From the human T2T-CHM13v2.0 reference genome, Homo sapiens: DNA of 64,000 nucleotides. Position numbers and translations under genes: made by a program. This document shows, one piece after another, positions 51,401 to 64,000 of this stretch; position 1 is the stretch's first letter; every line of letters starts with the position of its first letter. Where the stretch lies: NCBI RefSeq assembly GCF_009914755.1, contig NC_060929.1. One strand, 5' to 3'. The notes beneath the pieces are model-generated. The model had not been told where the DNA came from. It did no database searches and was given only the letters and a program-made list of their open reading frames with translations.

Positions 51401-51435
<35 letters not shown>
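51348..51435. repeat. Compound (TA)n(CA)n-(TG)n(TA)n microsatellite
   Basis: 88 bp of strictly alternating purine-pyrimidine. Confidence 0.95.
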
Positions 51436-52049
51436 TCATATATTCCTACTTCACAGAACTAGTCAAGACCACAAGAGGTTCAGTATCTACAAGCAATACT
51501 AGAAAAACTTGGGTAGGCCAGTCCATTCACTAGGATACCATACAGCCAGCAAAGGAGGAAGAGACCTGTTTGTTTCGGAAACTCCTGCTCCCTAAGGAAC
51601 TACCAAGTCGAGGTGAAGGGAAGAACCACAGTTGTGTGTAGCAATAGCATGGTAATGAATCTAGCCTTTGACACTGACCCCAAGTTTGTGGACTAGCTGA
51701 GGTTATGAGCCCCTCTGGGTTCCTTCTTGAGCCCGGTTCTGGGTTTTCCTACCATAAAGGTCTTCAGAGCAGCCATTGCATCACCTGACACTATTTTTCA
51801 TGGAGGCCCTAATCTGTAGTCAGAGATGCAACAACTCCACCATCTATTGGGGCCCTATTGGGTGCAACGAGTTGTACAGGTGCTTATGTAAAATTATGGT
51901 TCTCATCATTTTCACATCATGGTCTATGTAGAAAGTGGCAATATTTTCACAGCACTCTGGTATAAATGGATGAAGCTGCCTGGCTGGGGAAGACTGGCTC
52001 AGAGTTCCAGCCACTCTAGGCAGGAGTTTTGAAGGCTGAAAGGACAACA

Positions 52050-52250
52050 TCTCAACTCACCTTCTTCTCTTGTACAATAAAAAAGTGTGTCATGGTTCTG
52101 ATAGAGTACCTTATTTACTCCCCACAGTAACACTTGGAGGCAAACGTTATTATCTATGAGTTGCTTCTCAAGTTCACACATTTAGTAAATGGTAAAGCCA
52201 GGATATGAATCTGGATCTGCTTGATTCCAAGCTGCATTGCATCTACCATG
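52050..52250 (-). mobile_element. MIR fragment
   Basis: tttactccccacagtaac...aagttcacacatttagtaaatggtaaagccaggatatgaatctggatctg. Confidence 0.6.
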
Positions 52251-53215
52251 AATTGACCTGCTTTTATAGCTGCCAGTGCTGACCTGGGCAGTCTTGGAGA
52301 TGTAGATGATGGTCTTGGTAAAATGGGGGAGGACATGGGTTTTGAGAGTCAGGCTAGTTCCTAGGTCAGGCATCAAGGAGACCTTAGCCAAAAAGTAAAT
52401 GCCACTGCTTTTTATGGAGGGCCACGGTCTTTCAGGGGCAGAAAGAAAACAAATAAAAGAACAGATATCCAATGTTACAATTCTTTGTCCCCGATTACTC
52501 AGTATTGCCCAGAGGTCATTAGAGTGACTTCATCTAATGCCCATGTCAAAACAACATGTGCCATCACCTGTCAACCAGCGTCCTAATATCCCAGCATCCC
52601 AGATACCTTGATAATCTTCTAGCTCAGAACAACTGAAAAAAAAAAAGTGTATTGGTAAAAACTTGCAGCCACTGGTGTGTTTAACCTTGGATGTGTTTGA
52701 GAATAATCTGGTATGCTTCTGCTTCTGGTTTTATAATTTTTTTAACCCAAAGTATAGACATTCAGCTTTAATTGGCAACAAAAAAGTAATGGACCTCACC
52801 CACATTCTCCCCCAGCCAGCTGAAAAGAGAATACCAAATATTAGATCTTTTTATTTGACTTCTGGGATTATTTATGCATAGTATAATTACCATGATGTAT
52901 GATCCTGAGTCTTTTAAGGGCACCTCTCCCGTAGCCATAATTTCTTTCCTCCTTGTGGCTCGGGTACAGCTAACACAATTAACTGGGCACTGACTGGTGC
53001 TCCCTAGGGCGATTTCAATCCCTGCCTGGCTTCATTCCCTGTTGTAGAGCTTGACAGGGCCATTCATATGTGACTTGGAGTGAGACTCTCTTCACTTACA
53101 CTTCTTCAGGGGGTAACTGAATTTCTTCTGGAGCAGGTTTGCTGGTTATGTAGAGAGATATGGGTAAGGCACAAGCAAGTGCACATTTCTCTCTGAACTT
53201 TAAAAAAAGCCATAG

Positions 53216-53602
<387 letters not shown>

Positions 53603-53974
53603 TGAACCGTTATTGAACATGCCTTTGAAACCCTTTTGTAATTGTTAATAAGAACTTCTCCTCAGAAGATAAGTCCCATTGTGAGTATTTAAGCAGAAGT
53701 AATTTTTAGTCAAAATAGGCAATTATTTTTATTTCCTCTTAAGCTTTGCTCACCAGAAGCAAAATGGACATTATGCCAAAATGCATTGGTAAGCACCATA
53801 GTCAGTTTCAGGCTTTGAGCACTCCTGTCAGAATCTGTTTATGGGAAAGTGGTCCAGAGAACATTATGGAGACCACCTGTCAGCACCTGCCAGTGCAGAG
53901 AGCAGGCGATGAAGTTCGAAGGATCCCAGCACCCACCTTCACCATAACCAGTTAGTTGGCACCAAAGGGAAAAT

Positions 53975-54690
53975 TATATCAGTAACAAAACTGAACCAGA
54001 AAAAGGAAAATACAGGTACTGATGAATAACTCAAAAAGAAATATATCAAGAAAACTATCAAAGTTTACTGAGAAATATAAACAAAGGCTTAAATGTAAAT
54101 ACTGGACATAGTATTTCTAAGTGGTAAGACTGAATAGAGCAAAAATGTCAATTCTTTCCTCTTTCATATTTACATTTATGTAATTTTAATTAAAATAGCA
54201 ATAATGTAATAGTATTAAGAGGTAAAAAAATAAAAATAGCAATCAGATCGATGGGGTAGGGGTTTACAGGAGAGACAGAGTTTAACAAAACTATACCAAA
54301 GTTTATTCAGAGAAATAGCTGAGAAAATGTGAAAGTGAACTATTCTGTCTCATCCAGTGTCAAATCGGCTAACGAAGTCACAACAATCAAAACTATGCGG
54401 GGCCAACGCAAGATGGGACAGAGAGAGTAGACTTGTATAGACAGCCCTAAAACTGAAGTCAATGTAAGACAACTTTTCAATAACGGTGTTGTGAGAATTG
54501 GCTATTTTTTTAAAAATTCAAATTCTATCTTCACATCTTACCATACACCAGAATAAATTTCACCTATAAAAACATTAAAAAGAAAATATACATGAGCATT
54601 TGACTGATAAATTGAGGACTTCTAATGCAAAAAAAAAGTATAAACAAGCATATTATTTTGACTATATACAAATTTTAAAATTTTACAGGT
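53975..54690 (+). mobile_element. Old L1M (L1ME-like) ORF2 fragment
   Basis: gaaaactatcaaagtttactgagaaat...aaaatgtcaattctt...ttttcaataacggtgttgtgagaattgg...accatacaccagaataaatt. Confidence 0.65.
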
Positions 54691-55210
54691 CTAAGTCTCT
54701 CCTCATTACCATGCTACTGTACCTAAAGTTCTATTCTTTATTTTAGAATAAGGCATATTTTTAGAATAAGAACAAGAACGCAGGAGTGTTCTGTTAAAAC
54801 ATAAAACCTTCAAGAGTTAGAGAAGCAACACCATGAGGTGGTATCAGTTGTTAATGTATTGAAGCACTTCTAACTGACAAAGAGCAACCTATTCCCAGAC
54901 CCTTCCAGCACTTTCTCTATGCCATCTAACCCACAACAGTCCTTCCCCCAGCTCCCCCTGAATACCCCAAGAGCCAGCAACTAAAGGAGTAACACCTGGT
55001 ACAAAAGGGCCATCCAAACACAGAGCCTCCACCAGTGTCCATTCTGATTCATCCATGCCTGTGCCAAGTCAATTGTTAGACCTTTAGACTATCACCTCTG
55101 CTAAGAGATATTCAAAATGGAGCCACTATCAAGGTTTGGTTGATGTAGTAACTGCCATGTTGGAAAGAAGGTAGGGCCCTGAGAGCAGAGGTAAAACGTA
55201 GATACACTTT

Positions 55211-55648
<438 letters not shown>

Positions 55649-55899
55649 CTAGGAGTGAGGGAGGCATCCAAAGAGCAACCAGGTAGTTCAGGATTTGTAG
55701 GAAAGCCTGCAGAAAAGGAAAACATTGTGAAAAAGGAATGCTAAAAAATTCTGAGGATAGACTCCTCCAATTTCATCGTTTTACCAATGGCTAACAAGGT
55801 AACTGGGTCAACTTATAGCTTCCTACTCCAGCATTTCATTCCGGGTCAATTAAAATTTCAACAAGTCTGGAGGCCATAGTCTTTTTGGAAAGTGTGCCT

Positions 55900-56081
55900 T
55901 TGGAAAAAGACACAAAGTGTGGAGCCTGACCTCACCCCAGTTTGTAGGGAGAGGAGAGAGGGCAGGTAGCAGGTGCATGGGCACCAGGAACGCTAAATGT
56001 ATGCCCTGCTTGGCACAGGGCACCCTGCACAGAGAAAACTGTCCCACCAAAATGCCAATATCACTCCCACTGAGAAGCATG
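55900..56081. mobile_element. MER20-type hAT-Charlie MITE fragment
   Basis: gctaaatgt...ggcacagggcaccctgcacagagaaaactgtcccaccaaaatgccaatatcactcccactgagaagcat. Confidence 0.55.
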
Positions 56082-57171
56082 GTGAAGGAAGTTTGATACT
56101 ATTTTGGCTTTATACACCTTGATGGCTGAGGTTTGGCATTTCTTTTTTGTTGGGGTAAGGGAGAAGCATTCCTTTAATACAAAATAATAGAGTTTGAAAA
56201 GTTGGTTTTTTTTTTTAAGTAAAAGCATTTTTTTTTTACTTTCTTTGGTGTTGAAAGAAAAAGATTCCAATAATGACATTTTGTGCCAAGAGTCATTAGA
56301 CTAAAGTATCTGCCTGAAGCAAAATTTTATGGCCAAGTTATGAACCTGCAAACAGAACCTTAACTATTGTGATAGGAGCTGACTGTGGTCATAAAAATGA
56401 ATTTGTTAAATAAAATACGTTTATAATTCACTAGGCTTGGAATCAGGTAAGTGGGAAGAAACCTCCAGTGAGCCGTTATGATTTTGCAAAATAGTCAAAA
56501 GAACAGTTCACTCCGTAGGCAGGTAGAGGAGTGCGTGCCCTATTGTCATTATTACAGTGTGTGATTTCATTTATTCATGGGGTGCCAGGGATGCGTGGCC
56601 CTTACGAGCGGCTAAAACACAGTGGACAAAAGCAAGAAAATGAAATGAAATCCTGGTCTTAAAGAGACTACAATTGAAATGTGTGAGCCAGTCCAGTTTG
56701 GTGGATGACAAGAAACATTGGGAGAACATTAATGTAATGAGCTTTTGCAGATCCTAGTGGGGTTTAGTAATGAGTTCGAAAGAGGACAGAAAGGGGAGGA
56801 TATAGATTCATTTGGAATGTGAAAGAAAACAAGCCTGGCCACGAAGTAAGAATCTCACTGGGGCATAAAGACTAGAACCAAACAAAAGAAGGGAAAAGGT
56901 TTCATGTTGGACGCAGAGCATAGAATTCAAATGCTCTTTTATTACAGGAAAAAAAATCTTGCCTAGTGTAGAAGAAAAGCTAACTCTGGCTTTTCCCAGA
57001 AATGGATGGCCCATATAATCACCATCAATAAGTGAAATGAGGATCAAACTCAGGGGAAAAGGGCATAGAAAAGAGAATCAAAACTTAGGGAAGTTTGTGC
57101 TCCAAACAAGCCCAGATATTTCTAGTTTCAGCATGTTTAATATCAAAGCAGATATAAAAAAGGAAAGAGAA

Positions 57172-57563
57172 AGTTATGGACTGATGGTATCCCCCCAAAT
57201 TCATATGTTGAAGCATTAACCCCAAGACCTCCGAATGTGACTGTATTCAGAGATAGGGCCTTTAAACAGGTGGCTGAGTTAAAATGAGGAAGTTAGGGCG
57301 GGCTCTAATCCGACTACTGGTGTCCTTCTAAGTAAAGGAGAGTAGATCATGCAAAGAGACACCGGGAATGGGGAAGACCACGTGAAGACATGGTGAGAGG
57401 GCAGCCGTCTCCCAGCCAAGGAGAGAGGCCTCAGGAGAAACCAGCCCTGTGGATGCCTTGATCTCAGGCTTCTAGCTTTAAGAACTTTGAGAAAATAAAT
57501 ATCTGCTGTTTAGGTCACCCAGTCTGTGGTATTTTGTTAGGGCAATCCTAGCAAACTAAGAGA
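57172..57563 (+). mobile_element. MLT1B-like MaLR solo LTR
   Basis: gttatggactga..ccccccaaattcatatgttgaag...gagatagggcctttaaa...gagaaaataaat...ctagcaaactaa. Confidence 0.9.
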
Positions 57564-57629
57564 GAGAGAGAAATTTGTAAAAAGAAATTCATGTTAATAG
57601 TAGGGCTTAAAGATGACAGAGAAACAGAG

Positions 57630-57770
57630 CTCTATGACCTTAGAAACCACCATTTTACAAGAGGGAAAACTGAAGACCAAATTACTACGCAAAGTCATCA
57701 TCAGTTGTTTGCTGTAACACCAACATTAGAACTCAGGTCTCCTGACAGTGAATCCTGAGCTCTTGTCACT
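57630..57770 (-). mobile_element. MIR fragment
   Basis: cattttacaagagggaaaactgaagacc...ttagaactcaggtctcctgac. Confidence 0.55.
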
Positions 57771-57839
57771 CACCCTCATGGCCTTGGCCCCGTCATGGAC
57801 TTGATGGGGACAGGGCTGAGAGCTGTTGCACTTTGGGTC

Positions 57840-58450
57840 TCCTCTACCCATTCTCCTGCTATGAGCAGGGCAATTTTTCTAAAACCCAAATATCACCTTG
57901 AAATATTCTCACTCATAGCAGCCCCCCTTTGCCCTGAAGTTCAAGTTCAAATTCCTCCACAGACCTACACCTCTTCCCAGAAGTCATTATTTTGGGTCCC
58001 CAAGCAGGGCAGTGCTGGCTCTTCCATCTAGACCTCTTATTGCCATTCTTCGGTCTGGAACACTCCTTACCCTCCCTTACCCCTCAACCCTCCATTCTTG
58101 GGATGATAAGCTCCTATTCATTTTTCACCCTTCAGCTCTTCTGTAGTGATTACTCCGTCCAAGAGCCCTAACTCTGGATTCACTGCTCTTCTAAAATTCT
58201 CCCTGAATTTCCCCCAGGTAGTGCTTATCCCATACTGCAGTTGAGACTCCAGTAGACAATAGGCTGGACAAGGGCAAACCCAGGCTTGTTTCATGCTTAA
58301 CAAATATAAGTTGAGAGAATTATGTGTTATACATGTTTTGGAGATGTTAGATTTGCACTGCCTCAAGTTTCAGCAGGCATTTGTTAATCTGGCTAGCCCT
58401 TGTATCCTTGTAGATGCTTACTAAATACCAGTTGAATGAATGAAAAACAA
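57840..58450 (+). mobile_element. L2 3' region
   Basis: atttttctaaaaccca...tctggaacactcctt...ctcctattca...tagatgcttactaaataccagttgaatgaatgaa. Confidence 0.6.
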
Positions 58451-58814
58451 GTTAATGCAATATGTTTTATCAGAGGTGGGGTGCAGGTGGGAGGATAGTG
58501 CAGCATATTCTAGCTGCCTCACACTTCACCAATAATTTGTTAACCTGACCCATTTTGCCCATCCTCATCCAAAAAACTGTGAGGCCACAGAACATAGGAT
58601 GATGAGGGTCCTTGAAGGTCATCCAAGACATGGGCCTGCTCAGAAGGGGGTTGAAAACTCCAGGGAAAAGGTGGGAGACAAACAGCCTCTGGAAGAGATG
58701 TTTAAGGACATGTCTAGCCCCTGGCCATGTCAAGCTGTACTGACAACATCCTCTGGAGGCTCAGGGACAGGGAGCAGCAGCAGAGGTGGCCATTCACAAA
58801 CAGGCTTCAAATCT

Positions 58815-58945
58815 AGCCAAGCCCTGAGGCGCAGAAAAGTTAGGTGACTTCCAGAAGGTCATGAAGCTAGCAAGGTAAGAGGGTGAGGACTGGGATTTGA
58901 ACCCAGAAAGTGTGGCTCCAGGGTCCATGCTACTAACTGCTACGT
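58815..58945 (-). mobile_element. MIR fragment
   Basis: ctgaggcgcagaaaagttaggtgacttccagaaggtca...ctgggatttgaacccag...ctccagggtccatgc. Confidence 0.7.
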
Positions 58946-60130
58946 TACATGGTAGGATGGATTTCCTGAATTATTGCTACCAATAAGAAATGGTGGTTGG
59001 GGGTCCTAGACTCAGACTTCCCCACTGGAGTTGCTGAGCTATTGCCCTGCCTTCTTGCACACTGGACATGCTGGAAAAGTCCAGCAAGCCCTTTCAGAAG
59101 GAAAGATTTTTCTTTCTGCAGGTCTGGATTCCTACCAGTGGAATGTCACCCGTCAGAATAGGCAGGTGGCAAATTTAAGCAATTAGTGAAAATCAGGACT
59201 CACAGTCTTAAGAATAATTAATGTTGTCTTCTAATCTCTTTCCTCTGGGGAAACTTTGCATGTTGCTTAAAAGAAATGTCATCTACGCCTCACTGTTCCC
59301 AGAACCTGACTGTGAATAGCAGCACTTTTATTTCAGAGCTCTGCAAAAGCATCGTTTAAAGGGTCTTTCCCTCAATTACCAGCCAAGTCCACACATTTCC
59401 CAGCAGATATGATACTAGGTAGGCCACTGTAATGGTAGAACAGCCAGGAATGGTCAGAAGAGTGCTTTCAAAGTGACAGGAAGCTTCCTGTTCCTATCAC
59501 CCCATAGTGCCCCCACAGCCAGATGATACATAAAGGACAGTGATGGGGCCCAACAGAAGAATGTAGCACAAATTTCTTGAGGAAACACAAAGAACTTCAT
59601 GCAAAGGACAGCTCATGGCATGCAGCAAAGGGTGGGAAGAATTTCACAGATGAAGAGGGGCAGAGATTGTAGAAAGAGGAAACAGCAAGAACAAAGGAAA
59701 AGAGGTAAAAATGCAGGGAATGGACAAGGAAGAGACAATTTGCTGTAGTGTTGGGTTTTCCAAGTTGAGAGTAGGAGGAAAAGAACTGCAAAAGTAACCT
59801 GTAGCTATTTTTCAGTAAACTTTAACATGAGCCAAAGAAATGGGTTTAATTTGGAAGGCATTGGAGAACCACTGAAAGTTTTAGAGGAGAGACTGGACAG
59901 AGTGTTATCATCTCAAAACAAGAAGGCATCTTAGAGATGATCCAACTCCCTCATTTTACTGTTGAGGAAACACAGAAGAGAGGAGACTTAGCCAAGGCAC
60001 ACCCAGAACTAGAGGCAAGGCCTCTTGATCACAGTCTAGTGGTCTCTATACTAACTACCTCCTCTTTGCCAATCCTTTAATCAAGTCTGATTGTGTGGTG
60101 TCTAAGTGGTGTTAGTTGGGATGACTTTCT

Positions 60131-60438
60131 ATTTGTTTGTTTGTTTGTTTGTTTTTGAGACAAGGTCTCCCTCTCTCACCTAGGCTGAAGTACAGTGACA
60201 CAATCTTGGCTGACTACAGCCTCGACCTCTCAGGCTGAAGCGATCCTCCCACCTCAGCCTCCTAAGTAGCTGGAACCACAGACGTGCTACCATGCCCAGC
60301 TAATTTTTATATTTTTTTGTAAAGACGGGGTTTATGCTGTGTTGCCCAGGCTGGTCTCAAATTCTTGAATTCAAGTGATCCTCCCACCTTGGCCTCCCAA
60401 AGTGCTAGAATTACAGGCGTGAGCTACCATGCTTGGCC
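60131..60438 (-). mobile_element. AluJ with (TTTG)n tail
   Basis: gagacaaggtctc, cagcctcgacctc, gatcctcccacctcagcc, gttgcccaggctggtctc. Confidence 0.95.
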
Positions 60439-62034
60439 TGGTTTTTTTTTGTTGTTGTTTTTATTGTACTCCTGCCTCCATCCATCACTGTACCTCATGA
60501 AAAGGGCTTGTCACACGTTTGGAGACAGCAAGAAAACTGCCATATCTTGAGTGCTTAGCATGTCCCAGGCCTTGAGCTAAATGCCTTGCATAAATGTTAA
60601 TCCTCATGGCATCCCTATAATATATTATTATCTACATAATCATTGCTCACACATTTTGCCAGATATCTCACAGCCAGAAAGATGTGAGGCCAGGATTCCA
60701 CCCTAGTTCTTTCTCCCCATACCAAGCTCCTTCCACGATGCTAAACGTATGTCCCACATCAGCATGTGGTTATGCCCAGGGCTCCTTGAAAACCCTTGAA
60801 ATCAAAATCAGTAGACATAATTCTATGTTTCCCACAACTGAACACCAGTTGTGCCCATCTCCGACCAGAGTGGCTGCGGCAGAGTGGTGATCTGTGGCTC
60901 CCTCTTCCCTACAACATCCTGGTGAGTACACCCTGGTGATCTGAGCCTTACTCTGATCCATTCAAGCAGCAAGGCTTTTGCCAGATACAATTTACCTCCC
61001 ACACTTCTGGGTATAAAGAGATTTCATCATAGGCACATTTTAACTTGAGAGAAATCAACTATGCATGCTGGGCCAAACCAAAAATTTGAATGAGGAAGGG
61101 AAGGAAGGAGAGACAAAGAGAGAATGAGATTTCTTTCTATAATTCTACTCACTGGTGGGACTGAGAGGGAAGGTAGCAAATTGCAATCCTTCAGGAAGTC
61201 TTGGTCCTGGGGTGCTTTTCATAGTGACAGCACGTCACCATATGGAGTTAATTTGAGCATTTAAAAAGATCTTTTTCATACAATATAACCCCTCAATTCA
61301 AGCCAACTTCACCGATGCTGAACAGAAGTAGGCTGTTCCAATGCTGGAAGAAACACCAGTTACGTTTTACATATCCACAACATGGTACCTTTCGAAAAAA
61401 TTTTCAAGGGTAATTTGTGCTATATGACATTTGTTTTGCATTCTGCCTTTAAACCTAACTTAAATTCACTCTGTGTTTAAATGATCATGGAGAGCTCCAA
61501 CCTGCTTCTCTCATCCCTCCATATAAATTCTCACTTTTTGCTCTCAAAGTCCAAAGCTACAAGGTGTGTGTGGTGGTAGGAAAGTGAGAGTTGGTGAAGG
61601 GTTGGCCAGGGTTCAGGATATATGGGTTTTTAAATGGAAAGACGGAAGGAATACCATTCTAGCACCATTCTTCATTTATTCTACTAGCATTCTTTTAGCA
61701 GTCTATTTAAGAGCCAGATTCTCTGCTAGCAACTAGATGGAAAGCTGTGACCTTCTGAAAGACTTAGTAAGTTTTATCATAGAAGGAAGTACAAAGTACT
61801 TGTTTCTCTACCTCAAAAAATGGGGTGCTGCAGGCTACATTAGCATTTTTCTCACAATACTCTTCATCAGGCAATTAAATTCATTTTAGTCTTAAGTACA
61901 TTAAAACTATGGAAGATATTACTGAAGAACATGAACTTTGCTCTATGGTATTGTAAGTGCCATCTCAAGTAACTCTAGTGTTGAAATAGCTTTAGAAAAA
62001 AAGAAAAAACTCTTGCATTCTTCACATGCTCATT

Positions 62035-62416
62035 TGTATGAACTGAATGTGTTCTTCCAAAATGCATATTTTGAAGCCCTAACCTCCATGTGATGTTATT
62101 TGGAGATGGGGCCTTTGGGAGGCAATTAGGTTTAAATGAGGTCATGAGGGTGGGGCTCCCATGATGGGATTAGTGCCCTTATGAGCAGAGGGAGACACCT
62201 AAGTATACTCATGTTTGTTCTCTCTCTCTGTCATGTGAAGACACAGTGAGAAGATGGTTGTCTGCAAGGCAGGAAGAGGGTCCTCACCAGGAAATGAATC
62301 TGTCAACACTTTTATCTTAAACTTCTCAGCCTCCAGAACTGTTAGAAATAAATGTGTGTTGCTTAAGCTACCCAGTCTATGGTATTTTGTTACAGCAACC
62401 TGAGCTGACTAAGCTA
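62035..62416 (+). mobile_element. MLT1A-like MaLR solo LTR
   Basis: tgtatgaactgaatgtg...tttggagatggggcctttgggagg...agaaataaatgt...gagctgactaag. 5-bp TSD tcatt/tcact. Confidence 0.9.
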
Positions 62417-62828
62417 TCACTAAATTGAGGGTCTTCCAAAATCTCATGTACTGTGGGGATTGAGGGAGATTGGATCTTAAATTATTGATGCCGGAAACAG
62501 GCATTTGAGGGTTATAAGTAGGATTTGAGGGTAGAAATTGAAATTTGTCTTTGGACAAATGATGCTTTGTTTGAAAAGAACCAACTGGATGGTCTGTGGA
62601 CTAGTCAGTTTCCCTACAGAAGAGAGGTGACACATAGACTCACATTACCAATCTCTCCACTGAAATTCTCTTCCTGATATCTAGCTCTGAACTTCTTTCC
62701 TGCCCTCTCCTACTTCTCTTACAGGCTGAATGTGAGTAGTCAGCTAAGTCACAAGGGGGTTCTTGTCCACCTTCTCTGAAAGTCCTCCTTGAGTGGGTCA
62801 TCACCTTACTTTGGAAGGTTCGGATAAA

Positions 62829-62972
62829 TTTTTATTTTGTACTTATTACAGTACAGAGAGGTCCCATCACCCAGCTTCCCCCAATAGTAGGATATTACAC
62901 AACTGTGGCATATGAACAAATCCAGGACATTAATACTATCAGCATAATATACTTTACTAGAGTATAGATTGG
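62829..62972 (-). mobile_element. Old L1 (L1MB/MC-like) 3' end fragment
   Basis: agtacagagaggtccc..tcacccagcttcccccaatagt..atattacacaact. Confidence 0.55.
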
Positions 62973-63759
62973 GTTCTTACTCAACTTGTTATTTCAGCTT
63001 AAATATTTAAGGCCAAGATAGTTTGGGCAAGGACCTTCTACCTCATCATGAGCCTGACAGGAGGAAGGAGCCTCCAAGGCCTGGGCAAGTCAGCAGAGAC
63101 TTGCCACTAAGGCCATGGAGACAGCATGAAGGATTCAGGGTCTGAGGACATACACAGGATACCATGATCCCACATAGCAGTAGAGCAGATACGGCATTTC
63201 TGCAATGACATTATGCCTCCACTTCAGGAGAGCACTGCAAAGGAATTATGAGGAACAGACAACAATCACAATTATGGCCTCTTCCCTCCTCCATAAGGTG
63301 CATCTGAATCTGCTTCAGGGACATAAAGAACTTAACAGCTGACCAGAAGATGGGCACAAACCTTCCTAGGAGTTCTCTGACAAGCCTTGGGAAAAGAAGG
63401 AGGTGTAACAAAACGAAGCATCTTGTGTTGAAATCAGAATAATATCTTCATACTGCCCCTGAGGTCCCCTCGTCCTCTCTCCCCACCAAAATGTCAGAAA
63501 TCTGAATTTCAGGATAACATACAGCTTTTCCACTTCCTCCTCTTCTACCCCATGCATGAAATGAGATGATTTCTCCTCTCTGGGGAAATTGATGAGCCCT
63601 AAAAGAAAGATGTATATTTACTGGCATTTGGTGCCTCCAATAAAATGGCTGGGTCTCTTTCCTATCATCCTGGAGAAGCCATCACTTTATAAGTCCCACA
63701 TTCACAACGAAAACTTCTAATCAGCTTTTAAGTTCCTTGTTGTTAAATGCATACAAATA

Positions 63760-64000
63760 TCCAAGGACCTTTCAGTATTTAAGGAAAGCTTCTAATATGA
63801 AAGATAGAACCTGAAACAACCAGAATAGCCTTGTGACTTTCACAAAAAAGTCAAGGTGGGCAGAAAAGGAAAGCTTGCAGAAGCTGCAATCGATATATTT
63901 GAGACAATGAGAAGATAACACATTCATGAAATGGGATACTCAAAAGTCTGAGAATAAGAAAGAGTTTTGGGAAGTTAAAAAATGTTACAGAAGAAATTAA
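63760..64000 (+). mobile_element. HAL1/old L1 ORF1-like fragment running off the window end
   Basis: A-rich tttaaggaaagcttctaatatgaaagatag...gagaagata..cattcatgaaa...gagaataagaaagagttttgggaagttaaaaa. Confidence 0.45.

Noticed and set aside
51836-51852. CTCF-like motif ccaatagatggtgg (minus strand)
   Set aside because: Two mismatches at informative positions; not supportable without ChIP data.
58599-58847. 82-aa G/S-rich ORF
   Set aside because: No recognisable homology or splice structure, and it ends inside a MIR.

Overview
Primate, very probably human, non-coding genomic DNA: CpG-depleted with no CpG island. I can find no credible protein-coding gene, tRNA, rRNA, CRISPR array or other prokaryotic system. 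The supplied ORFs are either translations of repeats (Alu, L1 ORF2, L2, ERVL gag) or chance ORFs. Much of the window is transposable-element debris: 10 Alus (J, S and Y), L1PB, L1PA, L1MA and L1ME pieces, many MIR and L2 fragments, a CR1/L3 endonuclease fossil, MaLR and ERVL LTRs, an ERVL LTR with its gag-pro-pol remnant, and hAT MITEs. Items worth a second look: (1) an L1MA with both ends and a target-site duplication (TSD), but two internal deletions, an embedded inverted ORF2 piece and a nested L1PA; (2) a decayed Gypsy-type RNase H-integrase fossil at 36.2-37.1 kb; (3) local templated duplications at 25.9/26.8 kb and 28.8/29.5 kb; (4) a 21-nt MaLR-like insert with poly(A) and TSD, possibly a small-RNA retrocopy; (5) a CpG-rich 22-bp minisatellite inside an Alu; (6) several strong splice-site-bounded candidate exons, mostly on the minus strand, suggesting a spliced lncRNA. 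Subfamily names come from remembered consensus features, and boundaries of old elements are approximate. No new biological system is demonstrated.
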